Sequence record: SRR9188677_161
Direction: 5' to 3' (one strand)
DNA length: 64,000 nucleotides
In this document: positions 9,546-19,988 of the stretch, piece by piece
Layout: the number at the start of each line of letters is the position of its first letter
Position numbering within the stretch: position 1 is the stretch's first letter
Made by a program: the position numbers and the translations under genes
The notes under the pieces: generated by a model
Told to the model about the DNA's origin: nothing
Database searches by the model: none
Seen by the model: only the letters and a program-made list of their open reading frames with translations

Positions 9546-11399
9546 TTATTCTTTTATGAACTTCTTGGTAACGGAATTCGTATCTGATTTCAATGTCACG
9601 AAATAAACGCCAGACGACAAATTGGATACGTCAACCGAATTATTGATCACATTTGAAGAGCTGTAAATCTGTTTTCCGGAAATATCATTAATCGATACCT
9701 CGGATACTTGGACATTGTTTTTAACCTCAAAGTTTAAGATGCTGCTGGCAGGATTCGGATAAAGGTAAACATCATTTTCAAAATCTCTTGAATTCAATCC
9801 TAAACCATTAGTGGATGAAGCCACAAGCGAATAGTTTTGGAAACCACCAACCAAAGTACCTTTATGAGAAACCTGAATAGTATAAGTACCAGGAGCTGCA
9901 TTATAGATATTTACACGTTCGCTATTGTCCACATCATTATCTGAAGTATTGGTCGCAGGAGAATCTGGTGCATCCGGATCTAATTTCCAAGGATAATATA
10001 TCGTTCCGTCCTTTATAACTTTTAAGTCCAGGTTATTGATCAATCTTGGGGTACGGTTATCTATTTCACTGCTTGAATTAGCTACACCTAGTCTTTCAGT
10101 CCAGGCCAAGTCAACACTTAGGTTCTGAACAGAATTTATCGAAATCGTCTTAGTATAAACCTCCTGATTGTTTAAAGTATTTTCTTCCATAATTGAACTT
10201 GTATTCTTATTGCTGATAAGCTGAGCCGCCGCTGTTCCATCAGGCAATCCCCATCCAAACTGATAGTCTGGCCCAGGAGCAATACCGGACTCTCTTGCAG
10301 TTAAGAATAATAAAGCCCTGACCGTTGCAGACCTCATAAAAGTTCCCGGGTTCAGATTGTTGTAATGCTTTTGCAAAAGCGCAATTAATCCTGTAATACA
10401 GGGGGCCGCCATAGAGGTACCCTGCAATTCTGAATAAGCCGTGTTAGAAATCGAAATGCTTGAAGACACGGCAACACCTTTAGCTGAAAGATCCGGTTTT
10501 ACCCTACCATCATCGGCTGGTCCCCAGTTACTAAACGAAGACATAACAAAAGAATTATCATTGCCATTTACCATTATTCCCTGAACAGCGGCAACAGTAA
10601 TGACGTTCTTTGCATTTCCGACTCCGGTAAGCAAATCATACCCGCCTTTAAAATTTACCTGATTCAGTGTCGTATCATCCCTATCATTTCCGGCAGATTT
10701 GACCATTTGGTAGTAGGGATAAGTATCCATGATATTATCGGCAACCCTTGATTGTGAGTTATAAGCCCCAAAGCTGCTTTCTGGTAAATTTGTCGCGATA
10801 TTCCCGTAAGAATGGTTGGAAACTATATATCCCTGGCTTGCAAAAGATAGAATCTCGCTATCATCACCACTAAAATCATAAGCAATTGCGGAACCCTGAT
10901 AGGCAAAACCTCTTCTTGTCGGACTAACGCCTGCAGCAATCATAGTCCCTAAAACGTGTGTTGCATGAGTAGACAAAGTGGTAGCCGCATCTCCAATAGT
11001 AAGCCTTCCTGTCCCAAATTCAACATGGGTCTCCCTGACCCTTCCACCATCCCAGATACCCAAAGTAATACCCTGACCTGTTACGGACAAACCTAATGAA
11101 CCCGAAGGATACATTGCATTGGCTCTTAGCGTTTGAACACAAAGCGCATTGTTGTCTTCTTGGTAAAAAATAGGAACTCCGTCAATAATTTTTTGAAGAT
11201 TGGCAGCGTTTTTAGTATTAGGATGCTTTAACAAATAAGCACGGACCTCCATTTGATCTTTTAAAGATTCCGCCTTTACAAATTCGTGCAATTTAAAAAC
11301 CTCAAGCGGATTGGATTTGCTAATTATAAATTCCCTTTCTTTTTGCGTTTGTGAGAAAACCGAGCAACAAACAAAGGAAAGAAGTAAAATATGTTTCAT
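9546..11399 (-). CDS. S8 subtilase with T9SS type A CTD
   Basis: GIWDGG, HATHVLGT, KSAGN, GTSMAAP catalytic motifs; LYPNP...GVYFV...KFIKE CTD. Confidence 0.92.
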   Translation of the reverse strand: MKHILLLSFVCCSVFSQTQKEREFIISKSNPLEVFKLHEFVKAESLKDQMEVRAYLLKHPNTKNAANLQKIIDGVPIFYQEDNNALCVQTLRANAMYPSGSLGLSVTGQGITLGIWDGGRVRETHVEFGTGRLTIGDAATTLSTHATHVLGTMIAAGVSPTRRGFAYQGSAIAYDFSGDDSEILSFASQGYIVSNHSYGNIATNLPESSFGAYNSQSRVADNIMDTYPYYQMVKSAGNDRDDTTLNQVNFKGGYDLLTGVGNAKNVITVAAVQGIMVNGNDNSFVMSSFSNWGPADDGRVKPDLSAKGVAVSSSISISNTAYSELQGTSMAAPCITGLIALLQKHYNNLNPGTFMRSATVRALLFLTARESGIAPGPDYQFGWGLPDGTAAAQLISNKNTSSIMEENTLNNQEVYTKTISINSVQNLSVDLAWTERLGVANSSSEIDNRTPRLINNLDLKVIKDGTIYYPWKLDPDAPDSPATNTSDNDVDNSERVNIYNAAPGTYTIQVSHKGTLVGGFQNYSLVASSTNGLGLNSRDFENDVYLYPNPASSILNFEVKNNVQVSEVSINDISGKQIYSSSNVINNSVDVSNLSSGVYFVTLKSDTNSVTKKFIKE

Positions 11400-11423
11400 T
11401 ATTATTAAATTTTTATCAAATAT

Positions 11424-11453
11424 AAAAAAAACCTCTCATACTGAGAGGTTTTT
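11424..11453 (-). terminator. Intrinsic terminator after susD
   Basis: AAAAACCTCTCA-tac-TGAGAGGTTTTT. Confidence 0.75.
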
Positions 11454-11482
11454 AAAAACTTTAACTAAACAATAAGCATTGA

Positions 11483-13129
11483 TTAGTATTGTGGGTTTTG
11501 TGGAATATTATTAACGTTTCTTTCAGCCTGTGGAATAGGCAACGTAAATCTATAATCTCCTAAAAGGATATTCACTGGAGAAGTGGCATTCGAGTTAACT
11601 GCATCAGTAGCATCTCTGTCTGTACCTGTTGCACCAGCATCGGCTCCTAAACGTTTTAAGTCAATATATCGGTGACCTTCAAACGACAACTCTTTTCTTC
11701 TTTCTGTAAGGATGTCAGCAAAAGCAGCCGCATCACTAGCATAAACAGGAGTAGGAACAACAGCACCAGCGATATAGTTTCTTGCTTGTCTCACTTGTTG
11801 GATTAAAGCAGCTGCACCCGGACGGTCACCAGCTCTAACTAAACATTCCGCTTTGATGAAATAGATCTCAGATGCACGGAACACTTTAAGGTCATTAGCA
11901 GTATGCGCTCCTGCTTTTCCTGGGTATTTATCAATAACGATAACTTCCGTTTGTCTTGTTGCTGTAGCAGGATTAGCAGAAATAGTAGAAGAACGGTCAA
12001 CGAAAGACCATCTTCTGAAATCTTCAGCACCACCACCTAATGGCTGGGTGTAAAGGTTAAATAAGTTTCTACCCATATCGTAAAGCGGGCCTCCAGATAA
12101 GTAAGAACCGTTTGTATTGTACTGGCTTCCCCAGTTAGTTCTGTTGTTTTGTCTGTCGATTGCCCATAATACTTCTCCCTGAGCTGCATCTACCCAGATT
12201 TTTCTGTATTCTGGCGCAGCAGTAGAAGTCCATTGGTCAACTTGATACAAAGCTCTTTGAACCGCCTGTGCAGGAGTTGTATTTGGAGATGTATTGATCG
12301 TTGTAGAACCTGCAGCACTTCCAACTGGTGGAATGGTAGCAGAAGTTGCCGGGAAGTTAGGAACAGAAACTATAGAAGTAGACAAAGGTCTTGCTCCGAT
12401 AACCGCATTGGCAGCAACTAAAGCTTGCGGGTAATCTTTTTTGTAAAGATACATCCTGGCTTTAAGAGCATTAATCATGTTCAAACTAACATATTTGTAA
12501 GCATTTGCAGCAGTCACAGGGGCAGCTCCGGCATTTGGAGTACCCAAATTAGCTTCAGCAAAAGCTAAGTCATTTTGAATAAAAGTATATAAGGCACCGT
12601 TAGTTGCTCTTGGAAAATCTTCCTGAGCAGTTGGTACTTTATCAACCAACATAACACCTAATGCATTAACATCACTAAGGTCTGTAGAGAAGTAAGTCAT
12701 CAATTCAAAGTGAGCAAAAGCTCTCAAAGCTCTGGCCTGAGCCAAGATAGAATTGTATTGTGCAAGATCAGCAGCTCCAGGCGTGAAGTATGTTGCACCT
12801 CTGATAACCCTGTTACAATAGTTGATTAACTGGTAGTGGTTAAACCAAATTGCATCAGCCTCTGGGTTAGTTGTAACAACAAAGAAACGGTGTGTATCAT
12901 TTACTGTCAAACCAGTACCAATTGCAATTTCGTCAGACAATTTAGAAGACACCATTATATCGGATTCCAAATTAATCTTGTCATAAGTTTCATTCATGAA
13001 CAATTGCAGGTTAGCTACGTTAGTAAACAATCTAGCGTCGTTCAATTCTCCTTTTTGTATAATATCTGTTGCATCGTTACAAGAAAATAACAAAGCAAAA
13101 AGACTTAAAAATAAGATTCCTTTTTTCAT
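11483..13129 (-). CDS. SusD/RagB-family lipoprotein
   Basis: Lipobox LFSC; ARALRAFAHF; FRASEIYFIKAE; ERRKELSFEGHRYIDLKR; LPIP...QNPQY. Confidence 0.92.
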   Translation of the reverse strand: MKKGILFLSLFALLFSCNDATDIIQKGELNDARLFTNVANLQLFMNETYDKINLESDIMVSSKLSDEIAIGTGLTVNDTHRFFVVTTNPEADAIWFNHYQLINYCNRVIRGATYFTPGAADLAQYNSILAQARALRAFAHFELMTYFSTDLSDVNALGVMLVDKVPTAQEDFPRATNGALYTFIQNDLAFAEANLGTPNAGAAPVTAANAYKYVSLNMINALKARMYLYKKDYPQALVAANAVIGARPLSTSIVSVPNFPATSATIPPVGSAAGSTTINTSPNTTPAQAVQRALYQVDQWTSTAAPEYRKIWVDAAQGEVLWAIDRQNNRTNWGSQYNTNGSYLSGGPLYDMGRNLFNLYTQPLGGGAEDFRRWSFVDRSSTISANPATATRQTEVIVIDKYPGKAGAHTANDLKVFRASEIYFIKAECLVRAGDRPGAAALIQQVRQARNYIAGAVVPTPVYASDAAAFADILTERRKELSFEGHRYIDLKRLGADAGATGTDRDATDAVNSNATSPVNILLGDYRFTLPIPQAERNVNNIPQNPQY

Positions 13130-13139
13130 TTTTTTTTTT

Positions 13140-16100
13140 TTAGAAATTAATATCTACACCAAAAGTATACACTTTAGGAGTTGGGAAATAACCTGTTCCA
13201 CCTTGAGTGAAGGTTTCTGGATCAAAGCCTTTCCATTTTGTCCATGTAAAGATATTCTCACCTTGTAATCTGAAACGACATCCTTTGATAAAAGTATCTT
13301 TAAGGAATTTAGCAGGAACGTCATACCCGAAAGTAATGTTTCTCAATCTTACGAAAGAAGCATCTCTTAAGAATCGGTCTGAAATATCACCTGAATCATA
13401 ATTCGTAGCACCCCAAGACGGAATGTTAGAAGAAGTGTTTGTAGGCGTCCAGGCATTGATCAATTCACTTGCAACCGGGAACGGGTTAACATTTCTGATA
13501 TCCATCAAACTTGCGTAATCGGTATCGAATTTAGAGAATTCTTTAGAGTAAACAAAAGAAGCATCAAAGAAGAACCCTTCGTAAGAAGAATTGAATCCAA
13601 ATCCACCTTGGTATCTTGGAAGGTAGTTTCTGTTGGTAGCTCTTCTGTCTCCATCCGTTGGATTTTCAGTTGGATTACCATTGATATCCATGAAAAGCAA
13701 GTTACCGTTTGCGGGGTTAACCCCAAGGTAAGGAACCACGAAGTACTGCTGGGCTGTTTGACCTTTCTTAAGAAGTACATCACCAATTCTTATCTGTCCC
13801 GTACCGTCTTCAAGAAGACCTAAACTGCTCATCTCGTTATCATTGAATGCACCATTAGCAAAAACAGACAATTTCAATTTTGAATCTTTCAAAACATCAT
13901 ACTTTAAAGACAACTCATATCCTTGGTTTCTCAAAGCACCGTTATTCCCCTGAATTCTGTTTACAGGAGATGAAGGAATACCATTAGCATAAGAAACCGG
14001 GATAGACATGTACAAGTCTGTAGTTTCTTTTGAATACCAATCGAAAGATCCGCTAAGTCTTGATTTGATGTTGAAATCAATACCAACGTTCAACTGGGAA
14101 GTAGTCTCCCAACGTAAATCCTCATTACCGTAAATTGATACCCCGAATGAAGTAGCATTGTTATATCCAGCTTGCAAAGAATTCAAAGACCTTACATCTC
14201 TTGCGTTGTAAAAGATAGTACTTTGAGAATCATCTACACCTCTTGCTGTAATATTTTGATTACCTGTTGTTCCGTAAGAACCTCTTAATTTCAAATCTTT
14301 AATTACAGAATTATCTTTTAAGAAGTTTTCTTTAGAAATGTTCCATCTACCAGCAACAGACCAGAACGTTCCCCACTTGTAATCCTGAACGAATTTATAT
14401 GTAGCATCACGTCTTATAGTAGCTGCAAAACCAAATCTAGAATCATAATCGTAATCTAAAGTACCGAAATAAGAGAATGTCCCCGCGTCTACCTCACCAG
14501 CCTGAACGGTAGGAATGTAACTTTGCGGCAACGCTGGAGTGTAAGGAACATATCCAGTACCTGCTCCCGGCTCCCAAGTAAGAGGATTTAAACCAATTTG
14601 TTGGTATAGCCATATTCTTCTGTGCGCTTTCAAGTACTCTGTGTATCCTGAGATATCCAATGTATGCTTTTCAGCAAAAACTCTCTTGTAGTTTAATCTG
14701 TTTACAAAGTTGAACATAAACTCTTTATTGCTTCTTTGTTGCTCTAACCCGTGGAATGGCTGACCAGCACCTACAGCTCTAACAACAGAAAGGTAAGATT
14801 CTGGACCGATAGCGAAAACTCTTTTTTCTTCAGCGTAATCAACACCACCAGTAATAGAGTAAGTCAAATCTTTAGTCAATTTGTAACCCATAGTTCCACT
14901 AACTAATGTTTTGTATTCATCAAAGAAATTAGGCGCACTTTTTTTCTGCAACAAGTCCATCAACATGAAAGGAACAATATCCAAAGACGGAGAACCGAAA
15001 TCATTGAACAATTGCTGTCCGTTTACGTAAGTAGAAGGACTGAAATAAGCTGCTGATGTAAGGTAACCTTGCAACGGGTTTTGAAGCACGTTGTTATCAA
15101 TACCTCCTCTGGTTTCCTGCTCCAACTGGTTTCTTCTAGAGTAAGTCAAACCAATATTAAGTCCGTAAGTAAATTTCTCATTAGTTGACTTTCCTGTAAA
15201 GTTGCTTCTAAGAGAAAATCTTTTAAATGCAGTCGTAGGAACGATACCTTGCTGATCATAGTAACCAACAGAAGTATAGTTAGTCATGTTTTTACCTCCA
15301 GAAGTAATACTTAAATCGTGAGATTGTGTAGTACCGATTCTGAAGAATACATCTTTCCAGTTCGTGTTTACATTGTAAGCATCGATATTGTTTGGGTCTA
15401 CAGTAATGATCCCTAAATTGTCAGAACCTGTTGCTCCAGGACCGTCACCAAATAAATTTTGGATTCTTAAATGCTCTTTTGCATTGGTGATGTTGTAACG
15501 ATCTCCCCTGAATTCAGAAGTTCCGTAAGAAGAAGAGTAGTTGATAGACATAGCCTCATCGTAACCAGCTCTTTTAGTAGTAATCAAGATCACACCATTT
15601 GCTCCTCTGTTTCCGTAAACCGCAGTAGCAGAAGCATCTTTCAATACAGTAACTGTATCGATGTCATTTGGGTTCAAGTTTCTAAAGAAAGCCTGAGTCA
15701 ATGGAATACCATCAATAACATATAAAGGATCAGTACTTGCATTAAGCGAGCTTTCCCCTCTAATGATTACATCAATTTTGTTAGTACCCGGCTGACCAGA
15801 TCCCAAAGCAATGTTTGTACCTGCCAACTGTCCTTGTAAAGACTGAAGCACGTTTACGTTTGGTCGGTTAGCAATGGTTTTTGAAGAAACAGTCTGAACT
15901 GCCCCAATTTGCCTTGCTTTTGTTTCTGTTTTACCATAACCGCTTACAACAACCTCATTAAGGATGTTTTCTGATGGCTGTAGTTTAACATTGATTGTGT
16001 TAGCAGCACCAACAGCAACCTGCGTATCCTGCATTCCAACAAAGGAAATCACAAGAACCTCACCTGGTTTAGCCTTAATTGCAAATTTACCATCAAAATC

Positions 16101-16262
16101 TGCCTGAGCAGAACGGTTGGTTCCTTTAACAACTACGTTAGCCCCTGGAAGCGGCCCGGTTTTGTCTGAAATAACACCTGATACAGTTTTCTCTTGTGCA
16201 AACGAAAACTGCATTGATAACGCTAATAATAGCGTAAAAATCCATTTGAACTTCGATCTCAT
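13140..16262 (-). CDS. SusC/RagA TonB-dependent transporter
   Basis: PLPGANVVVKGT, PLYVIDG, VLKDASATAVYGNRGANGVILITTK, LRWE, terminal Phe. Confidence 0.95.
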   Translation of the reverse strand: MRSKFKWIFTLLLALSMQFSFAQEKTVSGVISDKTGPLPGANVVVKGTNRSAQADFDGKFAIKAKPGEVLVISFVGMQDTQVAVGAANTINVKLQPSENILNEVVVSGYGKTETKARQIGAVQTVSSKTIANRPNVNVLQSLQGQLAGTNIALGSGQPGTNKIDVIIRGESSLNASTDPLYVIDGIPLTQAFFRNLNPNDIDTVTVLKDASATAVYGNRGANGVILITTKRAGYDEAMSINYSSSYGTSEFRGDRYNITNAKEHLRIQNLFGDGPGATGSDNLGIITVDPNNIDAYNVNTNWKDVFFRIGTTQSHDLSITSGGKNMTNYTSVGYYDQQGIVPTTAFKRFSLRSNFTGKSTNEKFTYGLNIGLTYSRRNQLEQETRGGIDNNVLQNPLQGYLTSAAYFSPSTYVNGQQLFNDFGSPSLDIVPFMLMDLLQKKSAPNFFDEYKTLVSGTMGYKLTKDLTYSITGGVDYAEEKRVFAIGPESYLSVVRAVGAGQPFHGLEQQRSNKEFMFNFVNRLNYKRVFAEKHTLDISGYTEYLKAHRRIWLYQQIGLNPLTWEPGAGTGYVPYTPALPQSYIPTVQAGEVDAGTFSYFGTLDYDYDSRFGFAATIRRDATYKFVQDYKWGTFWSVAGRWNISKENFLKDNSVIKDLKLRGSYGTTGNQNITARGVDDSQSTIFYNARDVRSLNSLQAGYNNATSFGVSIYGNEDLRWETTSQLNVGIDFNIKSRLSGSFDWYSKETTDLYMSIPVSYANGIPSSPVNRIQGNNGALRNQGYELSLKYDVLKDSKLKLSVFANGAFNDNEMSSLGLLEDGTGQIRIGDVLLKKGQTAQQYFVVPYLGVNPANGNLLFMDINGNPTENPTDGDRRATNRNYLPRYQGGFGFNSSYEGFFFDASFVYSKEFSKFDTDYASLMDIRNVNPFPVASELINAWTPTNTSSNIPSWGATNYDSGDISDRFLRDASFVRLRNITFGYDVPAKFLKDTFIKGCRFRLQGENIFTWTKWKGFDPETFTQGGTGYFPTPKVYTFGVDINF

Positions 16263-16448
16263 ATTAATTTTATTTGAGTTAGTTATTCTGCAAACTTCTT
16301 AATTATTTATTAATTAACCAAATATTAACAGTAAATAATGACATCAAATTGTGTTAAAGTGTCGACTCCTCTAACCCATTCCAACAATTGATACCAATAA
16401 GTTTTAAAGGTTGCGTCAATATTTATATTTTTATCGAAAATTACCCAA

Positions 16449-17048
16449 ATGCTACAACACAGGTTTTCAGAATACGAATTGGAGTGCGGAACCGACGAAG
16501 CCGGAAGAGGCTGTTTGGCAGGCCCGGTAACGGCTGCCGCTGTAATTTTACCCGAAGGCTTTGCATTGGATTTGCTGAACGACTCCAAACAGCTATCTGA
16601 AAAAATAAGAGAAAAATTAAAGCCGTTGATTGAAGAAAAAGCAATCTGCTTCTCGGTAACCCATCTCGAACCCAGGATTATTGACGAGATCAATATCTTA
16701 AATGCCTCCATAAAAGCGATGCAAAGCTGTGTTACCAAATTGTTACCAACACCTAATTATATAATAGTAGACGGAAACCGGTTCCAACCCTTAAACGGCA
16801 TCCCCTATTCCACCATAATAAAAGGCGACAGTAAATTCATGAGCATTGCAGCCGCTTCCGTATTGGCCAAAACGTACCGCGACCAATACATGGAGAGGAT
16901 CCATGAAGAATACCCAATGTACAACTGGAAAAAAAACAAAGGCTACCCCACGATCGAACACCGGGAAGCCATCCGGAGATACGGCACGACAAAATACCAC
17001 CGGATGAGTTTCCGGCTTTTGCCCGAGCAATTGAAATTGGAACTCTAG
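16449..17048 (+). CDS. rnhB: Ribonuclease HII
   Basis: [37 protein letters not shown]. Confidence 0.96.
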   Translation: MLQHRFSEYELECGTDEAGRGCLAGPVTAAAVILPEGFALDLLNDSKQLSEKIREKLKPLIEEKAICFSVTHLEPRIIDEINILNASIKAMQSCVTKLLPTPNYIIVDGNRFQPLNGIPYSTIIKGDSKFMSIAAASVLAKTYRDQYMERIHEEYPMYNWKKNKGYPTIEHREAIRRYGTTKYHRMSFRLLPEQLKLEL

Positions 17049-17770
17049 ATTGCCGAATGCCCTGCCTTAAGCGGAACAGCCTTTATTTCGGCTTCGAACA
17101 AAACCGCAAAATGCTTTAGGATTTTAGCCTTGACTTCGGCCTCATCCACTTCTTTCCCTAATTCGACGTGCATAGAAGTGACTGCTTTACCTTTTATGCC
17201 GCAAGGAATGATGTTGTCAAAATACCCCAGGTTCGCATTGACGTTCAACGCAAAACCATGCATCGTGACCCAGCGCGAAGCACGCACGCCCATGGCACAG
17301 ATCTTTCTTGCGAATGGCGTTCCCACATCAAGCCACACCCCTGTTTCACCTTCGCTTCTTGTTCCGGCTAGGTGGTATTCCGCCAAAGTCAGTATAATTA
17401 CTTCTTCAAGCAACCGCAAATATTTATGGATATCGGTAAAGAAATTCTCTAAATCAAGGATAGGGTAACCTACAATCTGCCCCGGGCCGTGATAAGTGAT
17501 ATCGCCGCCGCGGTTAATTTTATAAAAAGTGGCCCCTTTGGCTTCCAGCTGTTTTTCCGAAAGAAGCAGGTTAGACATATCGCCGCTTTTGCCTAAAGTA
17601 TAAACATGCGGATGTTCCACAAACAGAAAAAAATTCGGCGTAACCAATTCGGGCGCGTTTCTTTTTTCTAATTTAACATCTACGATTTCCTTAAAAAGCT
17701 CCTCCTGATAATCCCAGGTTGCCTTATAGTCACTATTGCCTAAATCTTGTAGTTGAATTTTCTTGTTCAT
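17045..17770 (-). CDS. lipB: Lipoyl(octanoyl) transferase
   Basis: [39 protein letters not shown]; true start MNKKIQ at 17770. Confidence 0.95.
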   Translation of the reverse strand: MNKKIQLQDLGNSDYKATWDYQEELFKEIVDVKLEKRNAPELVTPNFFLFVEHPHVYTLGKSGDMSNLLLSEKQLEAKGATFYKINRGGDITYHGPGQIVGYPILDLENFFTDIHKYLRLLEEVIILTLAEYHLAGTRSEGETGVWLDVGTPFARKICAMGVRASRWVTMHGFALNVNANLGYFDNIIPCGIKGKAVTSMHVELGKEVDEAEVKAKILKHFAVLFEAEIKAVPLKAGHSAI

Positions 17771-17877
17771 TGTTTCGCTATGAGAAAACAAAATTACACT
17801 TTTAACCGGTACCAGAACGCTAAAATTTTGTGAATTAAACCGGTCCCGTTCTGATCTGCTCCTGTCTTTATTAGGGC

Positions 17878-18152
17878 TTTCTCCACAAAAATACCCTGTT
17901 TTGCATTTGAAATTAAGAGGAGCACTGCCAGTGGAAGTCAGGTATTTTTTAAACACCTTCTGAAGCTTATCCCACTTTTGTCCACAGTTTCTCCACAAAA
18001 ACACCCTGTTTTGCGAACCAAACCCGAACCAAACCCGAACACCATCCGAAGAACTGCTCAAAAACAGCCGTTTTACTAGTCAACAGTAGTCAACGCTAAT
18101 CAATACTAGTCAACACTAGTCAAAACACGTCAACACTGATCAATACCAATCA
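17878..18152. repeat. Composite intergenic repeat region (27-bp direct repeat, 11-bp and 10-bp tandem arrays)
   Basis: TTTCTCCACAAAAAYACCCTGTTTTGC at 17878 and 17988; CGAACCAAACC units at 18014-18054; about 8 CAACACTAGT units at 18075-18152. Confidence 0.85.
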
Positions 18153-18201
18153 CTGTAAAATTAGTTAAGGGCCACCGCTTAAAAGTTTGGAACTTCGCCC
18201 C

Positions 18202-18232
18202 TTTGAAACTTTAACACTAATCCCTATCTTTG
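18202..18232 (+). promoter_or_regulatory. lysS promoter
   Basis: TTTG (18202-18205), 19-nt spacer, TATCTTTG (18225-18232). Confidence 0.75.
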
Positions 18233-18253
18233 CACGCTTAAATACAATCATAT

Positions 18254-19951
18254 ATGCAACTTTCGGAACAAGAAATCATCAGAAGAGAGAAACTCGACGC
18301 TTTGCGCGGACTTGGTATCAACCCTTATCCAGCGGATTTATTCCCTGTTAACCATACTTCAAAGCAGGTTAAGGAGCATTTTGAAGAAGGAAAGAAGGTT
18401 GTTGTTGCCGGTCGTCTGATGAGCATCCGGGACCAGGGAAAAGCATGCTTTGCTGAGTTACAAGACAGCGAAGGCAGGATCCAATTGTATTTGAACCGTG
18501 ACGTAATCTGCCCGGAAGAAGACAAAACCCTGTACAATCAGGTTTTTAAAAAACTGACGGATCTAGGGGATTTTGTGGGAATTGAAGGCGAATTGTTTAC
18601 CACACAGGTAGGAGCTAAGTGCATCCGTGTATCTAATTTTACTTTTTTAAGCAAAACCTTGCGCCCGCTGCCCCTGCCAAAAACAGATGAAGACGGAAAT
18701 GTGCACGACGCTTTTAATGACGCTGAACTGCGCTACCGCATGCGTTATGTAGATTTAGTAGTAAATCCTCAAGTGAAAGAAGTGTTCATCAAACGAACCA
18801 AACTGTTCACCGCCATGAGAACCTTTTTCAATACTGCCGGCTATATGGAAGTCGAAACCCCGGTTTTACAATCGATTCCCGGCGGGGCTGCTGCACGTCC
18901 GTTTATTACACACCATAACAGCTTGGACATTCCGTTATACATGAGGATTGCCAACGAATTATACCTGAAAAGATTGATTGTTGGCGGATTTGACGGGGTT
19001 TATGAGTTTTCCAAAAACTTCCGTAACGAAGGAATGGACCGAACACACAACCCGGAATTTACCGCCATGGAAATCTATGTAGCCTATAAAGACTACAACT
19101 GGATGATGGAAATGACCGAAAACCTTTTGGAATACTGCGCTAAAGAAGTGAACGGAACCACCGAAGCTACTTTCGGCGAGCACAAAGTAGATTTTAAAGC
19201 TCCGTATGCGAGAATTACCATGACAGATGCCATCAAACAATACACCGGCTATGACATTTCCGGTAAAACCGAACAGGAATTGTTTGAAGCCGCCAGAGGA
19301 ATGGGAATTGAAGTTGATGGAACGATGGGCAAAGGCAAATTGATCGATGAAATCTTCGGGGCTAAATGCGAAGGCAACTTCATACAGCCTACCTTCATCA
19401 CGGACTATCCGAAAGAAATGTCGCCTTTATGCAAAGAACACCGCGACAATCCTGAACTTACAGAACGTTTTGAGCTGATGGTCTGCGGAAAGGAAATCGC
19501 CAATGCCTATTCGGAATTAAACGACCCAATAGACCAGAGAGCGCGTTTTGAAAACCAGATGGCTTTGGCCGAAAAAGGCGATGACGAAGCAAACGGAATC
19601 ATCGATGAGGATTTCCTTAGAGCGCTGGAATACGGAATGCCGCCAACTTCCGGCTTGGGGATTGGGATGGACCGATTGATCATGTTCTTAACCAACAACC
19701 CATCAATCCAGGAAGTATTGTTCTTCCCGCAAATGCGCCCGGAGAAAAAAGGCCCGGAATTGACCGAGGACGAAAAGCACGTTATCGAAATCCTGAAAGC
19801 CAACGAAGGCATTTCTATTGGCGAGCTGAAAACCAAAGCCGATTTAAGCGGCAAAAAATGGGATGCAGCCAGCAAAGGGATCGCCAAACACGGTTTAATG
19901 AAAATTGTGGTTGACGGTGAAAATAAAATCGCGGAGTATCTGGGAAAATAA
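18254..19951 (+). CDS. lysS: Lysine--tRNA ligase (class II)
   Basis: GGAAARPF, NFRNEG, HNPEFT, YGMPPTSGLGIGMDRL. Confidence 0.97.
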   Translation: MQLSEQEIIRREKLDALRGLGINPYPADLFPVNHTSKQVKEHFEEGKKVVVAGRLMSIRDQGKACFAELQDSEGRIQLYLNRDVICPEEDKTLYNQVFKKLTDLGDFVGIEGELFTTQVGAKCIRVSNFTFLSKTLRPLPLPKTDEDGNVHDAFNDAELRYRMRYVDLVVNPQVKEVFIKRTKLFTAMRTFFNTAGYMEVETPVLQSIPGGAAARPFITHHNSLDIPLYMRIANELYLKRLIVGGFDGVYEFSKNFRNEGMDRTHNPEFTAMEIYVAYKDYNWMMEMTENLLEYCAKEVNGTTEATFGEHKVDFKAPYARITMTDAIKQYTGYDISGKTEQELFEAARGMGIEVDGTMGKGKLIDEIFGAKCEGNFIQPTFITDYPKEMSPLCKEHRDNPELTERFELMVCGKEIANAYSELNDPIDQRARFENQMALAEKGDDEANGIIDEDFLRALEYGMPPTSGLGIGMDRLIMFLTNNPSIQEVLFFPQMRPEKKGPELTEDEKHVIEILKANEGISIGELKTKADLSGKKWDAASKGIAKHGLMKIVVDGENKIAEYLGK

Positions 19952-19988
19952 CTACATTAGCAATAGTATTCACAAAAAAGTATTGCTT

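Noticed and set aside
17771-18061. 97-aa N-terminal extension of LipB in the ORF track
   Set aside because: It runs through the repeat region and has non-protein-like composition; LipB homology starts at MNKKIQ (17770).
18075-18152. CRISPR or coding repeat
   Set aside because: Contiguous 10-bp units without spacers; the period is not a multiple of 3.
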